Of a stretch of 64,000 bases of DNA, positions 1-8,705 are shown piece after piece. The DNA lies in the IMG/VR virus record IMGVR_UViG_3300028602_000005, positions 190,911-254,910 of that record; one strand, 5' to 3'. Origin of the DNA: a virus. Taxonomy: Duplodnaviria > Heunggongvirae > Uroviricota > Caudoviricetes. The notes under the pieces were generated by a model. The model was not told where the DNA came from. It saw nothing but the letters and a program-made list of their open reading frames with translations, and did no database searches. Position 1 is the stretch's first letter; the number at the start of each line of letters is the position of its first letter. Both the position numbers and the translations under genes were made by a program.

Positions 1-2
1 AT

Positions 3-179
3 TTTGAATTGAATGTTTTTAATCATATGAAATGATCCTTCATATTCATCTTTTTTTAAAAAATCTTTTTCATCTAAAGGAAATGCAGAAAGTCTATTAC
101 CTTTAGATTCAAATATTTCATATTCACATCCATGTATTATTAATTTCTTACCTTTTTCAAATAAATTATTCTCTTCCAT
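3..179 (-). CDS. hypothetical protein, partial (runs off window edge)
   Basis: Manual translation from ATG at 179 gives MEENNLFEKGKKLIIHGCEYEIFESKG..., open to the edge, with a GGAG RBS upstream. Confidence 0.6.
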   Translation of the reverse strand, partial: MEENNLFEKGKKLIIHGCEYEIFESKGNRLSAFPLDEKDFLKKDEYEGSFHMIKNIQFK

Positions 180-543
180 TATCTCCATCTTCCTCATTTT
201 TTTTCCATTTATTTTTTATTGTTCCGTTTCTCCACTTTTCATAATCTATCTCAGTAAATTCTTCAAGAATAGCACCAGATAAAGCGAAAATTTTTATTAG
301 AACTTCATAAACATTTAAAGGAACTGATCCTTGTTTTTCCATTTCATAACAGTTATTCATCCATTCTGGTAATTCTTCACTCCAAGGTTCAGAGAAACCC
401 GACATTAATTTTTGACAATAATTTCCAATTAATATACTAATTAAAGCTGGTGTTATTATGGGATTATCCTTATATAGTCCAAAAATTTTCTTTTCATATT
501 CTCTTTCTTTTTTATATAATTCGAAAACTTCTTCTTCTCTCAA
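166..543 (-). CDS. hypothetical protein
   Basis: 125-aa ORF with AAGGAG RBS, co-oriented with neighbours. Confidence 0.7.
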   Translation of the reverse strand: MREEEVFELYKKEREYEKKIFGLYKDNPIITPALISILIGNYCQKLMSGFSEPWSEELPEWMNNCYEMEKQGSVPLNVYEVLIKIFALSGAILEEFTEIDYEKWRNGTIKNKWKKNEEDGDNGRE

Positions 544-568
544 AACACTTCTCCTTATTTTATTTTTA

Positions 569-1012
569 TTAATTGTTGATAATATTATTTAATAAATCTA
601 TCTGATATTCATGATATTTTTTAAATCTTTTCGCTTCACCAATTCTTAAGATTAAATTATATTTATTTAAAATAAAATCTAAATTTTTATTTTTTATCTT
701 AATTTCCATTTTAAATTCATTATTTGTAAATCTTTTATTTTTTATAATTAACATACCTCTTTCAAACTTAAGTGCTCTATCATATAATATATAATCGAAT
801 TCTTTAGTGTTTAAATATGATTCAAAAATAAATTCATCACAATATACTGATTTGAATCTTATTTTAATTTTATTTATTTTTGGAATCATCATATTTTTAA
901 AAACATTTTCTTTTATTTTTTCTTCCTTTTGAATTTCATTAAATAATGAATGTTCGGCTTCTTCTAATTTTTTCTTTATTTGATTTATTTCTTTTTTAAT
1001 TTCTTCAATCAT
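569..1012 (-). CDS. hypothetical protein
   Basis: 147-aa ORF, tightly packed, N-terminal coiled coil. Confidence 0.6.
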   Translation of the reverse strand: MIEEIKKEINQIKKKLEEAEHSLFNEIQKEEKIKENVFKNMMIPKINKIKIRFKSVYCDEFIFESYLNTKEFDYILYDRALKFERGMLIIKNKRFTNNEFKMEIKIKNKNLDFILNKYNLILRIGEAKRFKKYHEYQIDLLNNIINN

Positions 1013-1016
1013 ATTT

Positions 1017-1985
1017 TCATCTACTCCTTATAACATTATTAGAAACATCAATTAAGAAATTTTCCCAAAATTTTAAATCTGCCTTACTCGGTAAATCTGA
1101 TTTAATAATCAAATTTTCAATCTCTTCCATTAATTCTTCCATTTTAGGTAAAATTTCTTTATGATAATTTAATTTTCCTAATCTAATATCTCTTAAATAT
1201 GAACCTTCTTTTAAAGGAAATTCTATATCTTTATTTATCAAAATAGATTTTATTTCTATCATAACTCTTATTGCATGACAAATAGATTTCCAATCAATTT
1301 TTTCATTATTTTCAATTTTTCTTACTCTTTCACCATAATCATCATATACGCCTTGTAGTATTTCCTTTGAATATTTTATTGTTGCTGTTTCTTGTAATCC
1401 TCTACCACAAACCATATACATTTTTACATCATTTTTAGTAACTGAAAATTCAAAAAATTCACCATTTGGTAATTTATCCCAAATTTCTTTTATTCTTAAA
1501 TATCCTTTTCCAGAATTTATATATTCGTCAAAAAAATCAATAATTTCTTTAACAGCTAAAATTCTTTCTTTTTTAACCATATATTTTGATGCTTGTTTTC
1601 TAGCATATCCTATAAAAGCTTTAAAATTTTTTGAATATAATTTTTCTTTATTTTTGACGATTTCATCCCAAATTTCTGAACTTTTCTTTAACATTTTTTT
1701 TGGAGCATGAATCATATCCAATTGATTTGTTTGTCCTTCACATGCTAGTTCAATAAATCTATGTAAAGAAAATAATTCAACTTCTGATTTTTCTTCTTCT
1801 GGTTTAAAAAGATTTTTATCATAATTATTAGATATTTTTCCTAATAATATTTCTCTTTTAGATGGTAAAATAACTCCTTTATAATCATAATCAGAAGAAA
1901 GAATGTCACTTCCATATAATCGTGAACCAAATAAAGTAACAACTACAAAGTCAGAATCTCGTTTAAATTCATTTTTTTCGAACAT
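1017..1985 (-). CDS. Pol-beta-superfamily nucleotidyltransferase (T4 NrdC.11/RlaP-like)
   Basis: GS..DxD motif FGSRLYGSDILSSDYDYKG, plus FIGYARKQASKY and DWKSICHAIR motifs typical of this phage family. Confidence 0.8.
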   Translation of the reverse strand: MFEKNEFKRDSDFVVVTLFGSRLYGSDILSSDYDYKGVILPSKREILLGKISNNYDKNLFKPEEEKSEVELFSLHRFIELACEGQTNQLDMIHAPKKMLKKSSEIWDEIVKNKEKLYSKNFKAFIGYARKQASKYMVKKERILAVKEIIDFFDEYINSGKGYLRIKEIWDKLPNGEFFEFSVTKNDVKMYMVCGRGLQETATIKYSKEILQGVYDDYGERVRKIENNEKIDWKSICHAIRVMIEIKSILINKDIEFPLKEGSYLRDIRLGKLNYHKEILPKMEELMEEIENLIIKSDLPSKADLKFWENFLIDVSNNVIRSR

Positions 1986-2239
1986 AATTCTTTTTCCTCA
2001 TCATTAAGTTTTCTTGAAGGTATTGCATTACAAAATTCTTCTGACCAACCAAGTAATCTTTTGAGATTATTTCCAAATAGTGCTGCCTTAATAGAATCTG
2101 AATTACTCTTACCATATGTAACAATATTTTGAGATGAATCTTCATCCACTGTCAAAATAATTATCATATCTCTGTCATATTTTTCTGCAATTTCTTTTGC
2201 TACATTTATAGGTATAAGAGTTTTTTTATATTCTTCCAT
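1943..2239 (-). CDS. hypothetical protein
   Basis: 98-aa ORF with AAGGA RBS. Confidence 0.6.
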   Translation of the reverse strand: MEEYKKTLIPINVAKEIAEKYDRDMIIILTVDEDSSQNIVTYGKSNSDSIKAALFGNNLKRLLGWSEEFCNAIPSRKLNDEEKELCSKKMNLNEILTL

Positions 2240-2261
2240 TATTATATCCTTTTTAATTTTT

Positions 2262-2297
2262 AATAAATAAAATGGGGAGTATCTCTACTCCCCATTT
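2262..2297 (-). terminator. intrinsic terminator
   Basis: 12-bp stem AAATGGGGAGTA/TACTCCCCATTT, GAGA loop and T-rich tail on the minus strand, just after the 2308 stop. Confidence 0.8.
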
Positions 2298-2307
2298 ATT
2301 CAAAATA

Positions 2308-4116
2308 TTAATCTTCTGATGAATAAATATTTTTCGATTGAGTTTCTCCAACTGATCTAGATCTATGATAATTATGGATTCCAGCAGAAACAACAAAAGT
2401 AGATTCTTCAACTCCTGTTAAAGTATTATCAAATTTTGCCATATTTCCTTTTGAAATACCATATTTATATTCTATTTCATCTAAATTCTTTCCTAAAAAT
2501 GTAAATGACCATCTTCCAGTTTTTTCAAGTTCTTTTATTTTTTCCTTTATCTGATAGTCATGTTCATATTTTATAGAATGATTATTTAATCCATCTGTAA
2601 GAATTATATATAATACTGAAACTTTAGGATCATTAATATCATCAAGCTTTAACATCCCATCAATAGATAGACCTATAGCATCATTTAAAGCAGTTAATCC
2701 TTTTGGATTATAATCTTGTAATTCAATCTTTTTCAATTTATTAACATCTTCATTCCAAAGAATAGGATCTCTTACTCTAGAACTGAAGTAAACAAGAGAT
2801 ACTCTTTCTTCCATTTCATTAGACCATTTCTTTATTTCCTCAACATATTCATTGAATGAACTAACAATTTCTTCTCTTATTTTAAGCATCGAACCTGATT
2901 CATCAATTATAAACACAATATAATTTTTTAATATATTTTTTTTCTTTTCCATAAAGGATTCATAATAACTTTCAGAAACCTTTTCTGATTTAGTAAATGT
3001 TCTCTTTCTTAAAGAAACTCCATATTCACCTACTTTATTTTGAAAAAGAATAATTCTATCCCATGCTGTTCTTTGATTTGGAAATTTAAAATTACTTTCC
3101 CAAGAAATATTTTTAAACCAAGAAGGAATTCTATTTTTTCCATATTTATGATAAGCATATTCACATATTCTAGTGGAATATCTTAATGCTGGAACAACTG
3201 TATAAATGTAATATTTTCTTTTATTTATAAGTTCTTCTATCTTTTCATTAGATTTTTCAATACTAAAAAATTTTGTATTATTTTCAGGTAAATCAATTTC
3301 CATATTAAAACATGTAACATCTATTTTCTTTATTTCACCTTTAATTTTTTCAACTTCATCATCTTTATCTTTACCATAAGAAAAATCCTTTGTTTCCTCT
3401 ACATCTTTTTCAGATGGAGGAATAAATCCTTCTTTTCTCATGTCACTTATCAGTTTTCCATAATATGTACCTTCTTCAGATAATCTATCGATAAGAGCTT
3501 TTGTTATAAAATATTTTTTAGTGAAAATAGAAACCCATTTATTTGGATGAACAAAATATTTGAAATTAATAAGATTATTTTTATCCATTATCCCATGTTC
3601 AAGTAAAAACTCATTTTCTTTTGCATTTTGAATAAATTCTAAGCTTGACCATGCATCATACCAATTTCCTTCAAAATCTGTGATTGAAAATGCTCTTGAT
3701 GATCCAATATCTCCATCTTTGATAACATTTTGATCCGTTATTCTAACTGAGAATGAGAAGGTCTTTTGATTTGAAACAATACTAGTTATTTTACCATGTC
3801 TATTTTCATTATTTAAAACAACTTCATTTTTAGATTCATTTGAACTTGATCTAATTTTTTTATAATTAGGAATATTAATTACAGCATTTCTAGTACTTAA
3901 TTCAAATAAAAATGTTGATAAATCTAAATCGGTAGATATCTCACCATTAACAAAAAGTTGTCCAGGCTTTCTACTAAAAATATCACTATTCCAATAATTT
4001 AAAACTTCAGTTATTACAGCATCATCAACTGGTTTACTTAAATCCATAATGCTTTTCATAGCATCAGTATTTAAGACATTTTTTAGATCATTAGAAATTT
4101 CTTTCTTTTTAGTCAT
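2308..4116 (-). CDS. vWA-domain protein with ~390-aa uncharacterised N-terminal domain
   Basis: MIDAS motif IVFIIDESGS, GLTALNDAIG and IILTDG in the C-terminal 200 aa. Confidence 0.8.
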   Translation of the reverse strand: MTKKKEISNDLKNVLNTDAMKSIMDLSKPVDDAVITEVLNYWNSDIFSRKPGQLFVNGEISTDLDLSTFLFELSTRNAVINIPNYKKIRSSSNESKNEVVLNNENRHGKITSIVSNQKTFSFSVRITDQNVIKDGDIGSSRAFSITDFEGNWYDAWSSLEFIQNAKENEFLLEHGIMDKNNLINFKYFVHPNKWVSIFTKKYFITKALIDRLSEEGTYYGKLISDMRKEGFIPPSEKDVEETKDFSYGKDKDDEVEKIKGEIKKIDVTCFNMEIDLPENNTKFFSIEKSNEKIEELINKRKYYIYTVVPALRYSTRICEYAYHKYGKNRIPSWFKNISWESNFKFPNQRTAWDRIILFQNKVGEYGVSLRKRTFTKSEKVSESYYESFMEKKKNILKNYIVFIIDESGSMLKIREEIVSSFNEYVEEIKKWSNEMEERVSLVYFSSRVRDPILWNEDVNKLKKIELQDYNPKGLTALNDAIGLSIDGMLKLDDINDPKVSVLYIILTDGLNNHSIKYEHDYQIKEKIKELEKTGRWSFTFLGKNLDEIEYKYGISKGNMAKFDNTLTGVEESTFVVSAGIHNYHRSRSVGETQSKNIYSSED

Positions 4117-4366
4117 TTGTATTGTTTTCCTTTCCTATAAGTTTTAAAAATGATTCACGAACTAAATTTGCACTTTTAATTTCGTTTTCTATTTCAGAAT
4201 TTTCACCTTTTAGTTTTTCAATTTCGGTATCGTTTGAAGTTTTTTGGTCTGATAGATCCTTAATTCCTGCCCCCATATCATTAGACCATTGTTCAATTTT
4301 GGAAACTACTCCTTTAATTTTTTCTCTTCCTGATTCTAACTTTGTTTTTTTCTTTAAAATTTCCAT
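4109..4366 (-). CDS. small coiled-coil protein
   Basis: 85 aa, heptad pattern, overlaps start of the vWA gene. Confidence 0.6.
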   Translation of the reverse strand: MEILKKKTKLESGREKIKGVVSKIEQWSNDMGAGIKDLSDQKTSNDTEIEKLKGENSEIENEIKSANLVRESFLKLIGKENNTND

Positions 4367-4378
4367 TTCTTTTTTCTC

Positions 4379-5245
4379 CTAAATAATATATTTTCCATTT
4401 AAACCGTTTTCAATACCTTTCCAGTTAATACTTATAGCATCACTTTTATGTATTGATTCTTCATGTCTACATTTAACTAACCAATCTATAATAAAATCAC
4501 TTTCTTCTAAAACTTTTGATATTTTTCTAATACTATCCTCAACAAACATTGTATTTTCTTTCGCAATTAAAGCCATATGCATTTCATCTATCCTTTTAAT
4601 TATTGGATAAGGTATTGTAACTATTTCATTTTCTATCATTTTTACCAAATCCTCTATCCATAAAGTTTTTAATTGATTTACTTCTACAATTACATTTGCA
4701 AAAGATCTTTGAGCATGTGGATATCCAATTTTTTTACTATTTATAAATGAATAATCACAAAGAGATTCTGAACAAGGACAATAAGATGCATATTGAATTT
4801 CAACTCTTTCATAAAATTTAAAACCATTGTTTGTTAATCTTCCTTCAAAGGAACAAGGATAATAAACAGGGAAAATATATTCTGAGACAGGTGATTTTTT
4901 ATCTATTGGATAATTAAAATCAAATCTTATAAAACTCTCTTTTGAATTTTCACCTATATGTGTTAAAAATGACCTTAACATTTCTTCAATTTTTTTATGT
5001 TTTAAAGGATTTGAAAGGAAAGGTATAAGTGTCCTATGAAGTCTGGACATACTTATACCTCTCACAGAATCATTTAAATCTACACACATTGTAACATTTG
5101 ATAAAATATTTATTAATTCATTATTATAAGGTCTTTCTATTTTTATCGGAACTTGAATATTTTGAACACCCACAGTATTTATATACATTTTTATTTTAGG
5201 TTGTTCTTTTTGAATATCTGGTAAATAATTTAAATCATCTTCCAT
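4379..5245 (-). CDS. folE2: GTP cyclohydrolase IB (FolE2/MptA family)
   Basis: Motifs PDIQ, VRGISMSR, YASYCPCS, HAQRS, FVEDSIR, EESIH. Confidence 0.92.
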   Translation of the reverse strand: MEDDLNYLPDIQKEQPKIKMYINTVGVQNIQVPIKIERPYNNELINILSNVTMCVDLNDSVRGISMSRLHRTLIPFLSNPLKHKKIEEMLRSFLTHIGENSKESFIRFDFNYPIDKKSPVSEYIFPVYYPCSFEGRLTNNGFKFYERVEIQYASYCPCSESLCDYSFINSKKIGYPHAQRSFANVIVEVNQLKTLWIEDLVKMIENEIVTIPYPIIKRIDEMHMALIAKENTMFVEDSIRKISKVLEESDFIIDWLVKCRHEESIHKSDAISINWKGIENGLNGKYII

Positions 5246-5255
5246 AATATTTCAT

Positions 5256-8200
5256 TTATTTTCCCTTCAAATTAAGATTTAAAGCTGTCATATAAGCCTT
5301 TAATAATTTTACAGATTCTGGTTCCAATAAACTATTATCTATTTCTTTGGGGAGCGAAAAATCAGGATCAATTTGAGATCTAACAAACATACTTTTAAGC
5401 TCTATACAATCAGATTTTAAAGTGATCATTTCATTTAAATTTTCTAATCCATTATGAGCTATTATACAAGCTGTTTCCATTTCTCCACATCTTTGACCAC
5501 CTTTATTTTTTCTCCCACTTATAGGTTGAAATGTTCTTCTTAAATAATTTCCACCAATGCTTCTAGCTGATAATTTTTCTTCTGCGATATGAACCATTTT
5601 AAAGAAATACATCCATCCTGTTGTTATTTCTTCTTGTATATCTTCACCACTTATCATATCTTTTAATTTATTTCTCATCCGAGTTTGTGTATATTTTAAC
5701 GCTTCTATTATTTGATCTCTATTTGAAGACTCAAAAGGTGGTTGCATTATATTTAATTTTTCTATAAATTCTTTATTTATTTCAATTTTGTCTAGCTCTT
5801 TACAAAATTGATTATAATACCAATTGCCATTAGTATTATCTATTATTTTAATGTAATCAGATAAATATTTTTTTAATTCTTCTTGATTTTCTTTTGAATA
5901 TTTATTGGATAATCTTTTAAACATTTCAGTTTTAAGATCATTTAAAGATGAAGTTAAATGTAATTCAAATAATTGTCCAAAATTCATTCTGGATAAAAAT
6001 CCTAATGGATTCAAACAAATATCAACATGTCTTCCATCTTTCAATTTTGGCATTTGATCGTAAGGTAATATATTTGAAATTGTTCCTTTGTTTCCATGTC
6101 TATTCCCTATTTTATCACCAACTTCAAGTTCTCTTGTATAAAAGGCATCTACTTTAACATATATACCATTTATTAATTCACCTTTTATTTTAAATTTTCC
6201 AGTATTATTTGAAAATTTATCTAAGCTATTATCATTTATAAAATCTTTTGCTTGTTCTTCCGGTAAATATTTATAAATTATATTTTGTAGTTTTTTCTCT
6301 TCATTTATTTGTAGTTCAACCTTTTTAGATATATAATCAGCATATCTTTTTATTGAATCATTATAAGTATTTACATAAAGTTCTACATTATAAATTAAAA
6401 CATTGTTTGTTTTTTCAGTATATAATTTTTCAGAATCTTTTAATAAAGTATAATAATCTATAGGACCATTTGGTATTTTTTTCATAATAGCATATGGCTG
6501 TTCAATATTCCTACATACATATTTTTCTAAATTTTCATTTTTACATATCTCTTTTTTAACACCAATTTCTTCAAATATTTTTTGAAAATCTGGATTAGGT
6601 AAAGGAATATAATCATTATCTGATAGACTTAAAAGAATAGCATCTGGAGGTATAGTGAATGATAAATCTAAATGATGTATAGATCTAAATTTATGTTTTA
6701 CTCTATCCGAAATAACAATTCCGTCTTCATAATTAAAGCCATGAAAAGGCATTACTGCGGTTAATAAATTTCTTCCAAAAATTATTTTTTTCTCTTCATT
6801 ACTTATAAAACTACCTCTTACAATAATATCTCCTTTTTGAAATTCAGAACCTACGTCAAGATTACTATAATAATCTAAGTTTTCAGTATAAATATTTTTT
6901 ATACCTATATTGAATATTTCATCTTCGCCATCTATATATTTTACAATTATGAAATTATTATTTACAAAGACCACTTTTCCATCATTTTTTGCCAATCTTA
7001 CAGATTGAGTTTTATCACTGTAAAGTGATTCAACTCCCGCTTCTATCATAGGTTTATCAAATGATGTTAAAAGAATTGCTTGTCTCATTTGCGATGCTGC
7101 CATTTGTAGTCTTGTTTGATCGTTATTTCTTAAGAATGGTGTAAATGAAACAGGAATAGAAACTTTTTCTTCTGCCAGTTCTTCTGAAAATTTTAAATTA
7201 TTATCTAATTTTACATTAGGTAATAAATTATGAAGAATACCACAATTTTCTCTATCCGGTGTATCAACAACACAAACTCTTCCGAACATAGAATCATCTA
7301 TATCTCTCAAATATCTTGGAACATTTGCCTTTTTAAAACCACCTGGTCCTAATAAACTTATTCTTGATAATTTAGTTAATTCTTCTATAGGATTTATTGA
7401 AAAATCAAATTGAATTATATCTGAAATATTTGATTCGCTTAATATTTGTTTAGTATTTATATTAAATTTTGGTTTTCTGGTAGTTCTATTTGCTACGCAA
7501 AAATCAAAAATTATTTTGGCATATTTTGATAGTATTATATATTCAAAACATCTAACTCTTTTATTAATTAAATTTATATCATCGAATTCTTCTGATTTTA
7601 TCGCATAAATTAATTCATCTATGATATTTTCAGTATGAAAAAATTGTTTAGATGGTAAATCAATTTTACTTATAAGATCTAAAGAATACATAAAATCACT
7701 GGCTTTAGATTTATTTGAATTGAATGATAAATATTTTGCGATATCATCTAAGAAATCTTCTTTTTTAAATCCTTCAGATCCTTCACAAAAATCTTTAAGA
7801 TCATATATCAATTTTCCAAATGTTGTATCGGTCTTAATATCTTCAGCTTTTATGTTATCTAAATCAAACATCTTACGTGTTTCTTCTATTCCATATTTAC
7901 ATAAAATAATTAAAACTAAAGGTACTTTTCTACCAAAAGCAGATAACCTAACAAAAGGAAATTTTTTAAATTCTTCAACAACAAATGTTAAGATATTAGT
8001 TCTTAACTTTATTGTTTTTCCTCTAGTAACTATAGGAATATCAAACATTTGAAATAATGGTAATTTCTTTTTACCACCAATAATAAAGTAATTATCATCT
8101 ATCAATCTAGGTATTAATAAACTTAAATCTATATCTTTACTATTTTTTCTTAATTTAACTATAAATTTTTGACTTATTGTTTTGAATAATTCATTTGATC

Positions 8201-8363
8201 TTGATTTAACATTTTTTATTCCAAACTCAATTACTTCAAATCCTATTTCTTCAGCAGGAATTAACATATTTCTGACTATTTGTTCAACTTTATCTAAATC
8301 ATTTTTTCTCAAATTAAAAATATTATTTTCCTGAAGTTTATATCTTGGATTTATTATTTCCAT
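5256..8363 (-). CDS. rpoB: DNA-directed RNA polymerase beta subunit (set 1)
   Basis: GRVCVVDTPDRENCG, RLQMAASQMRQA, GFNYEDGIVIS, GDKIGNRHGNKG, NPLGFLSRMNFGQ, GGQRCGEME. Confidence 0.95.
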   Translation of the reverse strand: MEIINPRYKLQENNIFNLRKNDLDKVEQIVRNMLIPAEEIGFEVIEFGIKNVKSRSNELFKTISQKFIVKLRKNSKDIDLSLLIPRLIDDNYFIIGGKKKLPLFQMFDIPIVTRGKTIKLRTNILTFVVEEFKKFPFVRLSAFGRKVPLVLIILCKYGIEETRKMFDLDNIKAEDIKTDTTFGKLIYDLKDFCEGSEGFKKEDFLDDIAKYLSFNSNKSKASDFMYSLDLISKIDLPSKQFFHTENIIDELIYAIKSEEFDDINLINKRVRCFEYIILSKYAKIIFDFCVANRTTRKPKFNINTKQILSESNISDIIQFDFSINPIEELTKLSRISLLGPGGFKKANVPRYLRDIDDSMFGRVCVVDTPDRENCGILHNLLPNVKLDNNLKFSEELAEEKVSIPVSFTPFLRNNDQTRLQMAASQMRQAILLTSFDKPMIEAGVESLYSDKTQSVRLAKNDGKVVFVNNNFIIVKYIDGEDEIFNIGIKNIYTENLDYYSNLDVGSEFQKGDIIVRGSFISNEEKKIIFGRNLLTAVMPFHGFNYEDGIVISDRVKHKFRSIHHLDLSFTIPPDAILLSLSDNDYIPLPNPDFQKIFEEIGVKKEICKNENLEKYVCRNIEQPYAIMKKIPNGPIDYYTLLKDSEKLYTEKTNNVLIYNVELYVNTYNDSIKRYADYISKKVELQINEEKKLQNIIYKYLPEEQAKDFINDNSLDKFSNNTGKFKIKGELINGIYVKVDAFYTRELEVGDKIGNRHGNKGTISNILPYDQMPKLKDGRHVDICLNPLGFLSRMNFGQLFELHLTSSLNDLKTEMFKRLSNKYSKENQEELKKYLSDYIKIIDNTNGNWYYNQFCKELDKIEINKEFIEKLNIMQPPFESSNRDQIIEALKYTQTRMRNKLKDMISGEDIQEEITTGWMYFFKMVHIAEEKLSARSIGGNYLRRTFQPISGRKNKGGQRCGEMETACIIAHNGLENLNEMITLKSDCIELKSMFVRSQIDPDFSLPKEIDNSLLEPESVKLLKAYMTALNLNLKGK

Positions 8364-8399
8364 ATTTTCTCCTAATCTTTTATATTTTGTGAGTTATTT

Positions 8400-8705
8400 T
8401 TAAATTTTAAATTTTATGGAAATCGCTATAGCTAATGTTATAAATGTTGAGTTGGTGATATAAAAATTTAACTGATGTAAATTCTTATATTCACCATAAT
8501 TTTGAAAATATATAGTTTCAAATATGAAACAAATAATAAATATTATAAAACAAATTAATAAAATAATTTTAAAACTTTTATTTTCATTATTTTTATTCAT
8601 TACAAACATTCTCTCCAAAAACCATTTGATCATATTTACCATAATAATTATATTCATTTTCTTTAAGTCCATCGAGCATACTTTTCTTAGGATTTGAAAA
8701 TCCAA
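8400..8705 (-). CDS. small membrane protein (true start probably downstream, near 8609)
   Basis: Two hydrophobic segments; lies between rpoC and rpoB; the listed N-terminus overlaps rpoC. Confidence 0.5.
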   Translation of the reverse strand: MDFQILRKVCSMDLKKMNIIIMVNMIKWFLERMFVMNKNNENKSFKIILLICFIIFIICFIFETIYFQNYGEYKNLHQLNFYITNSTFITLAIAISIKFKI

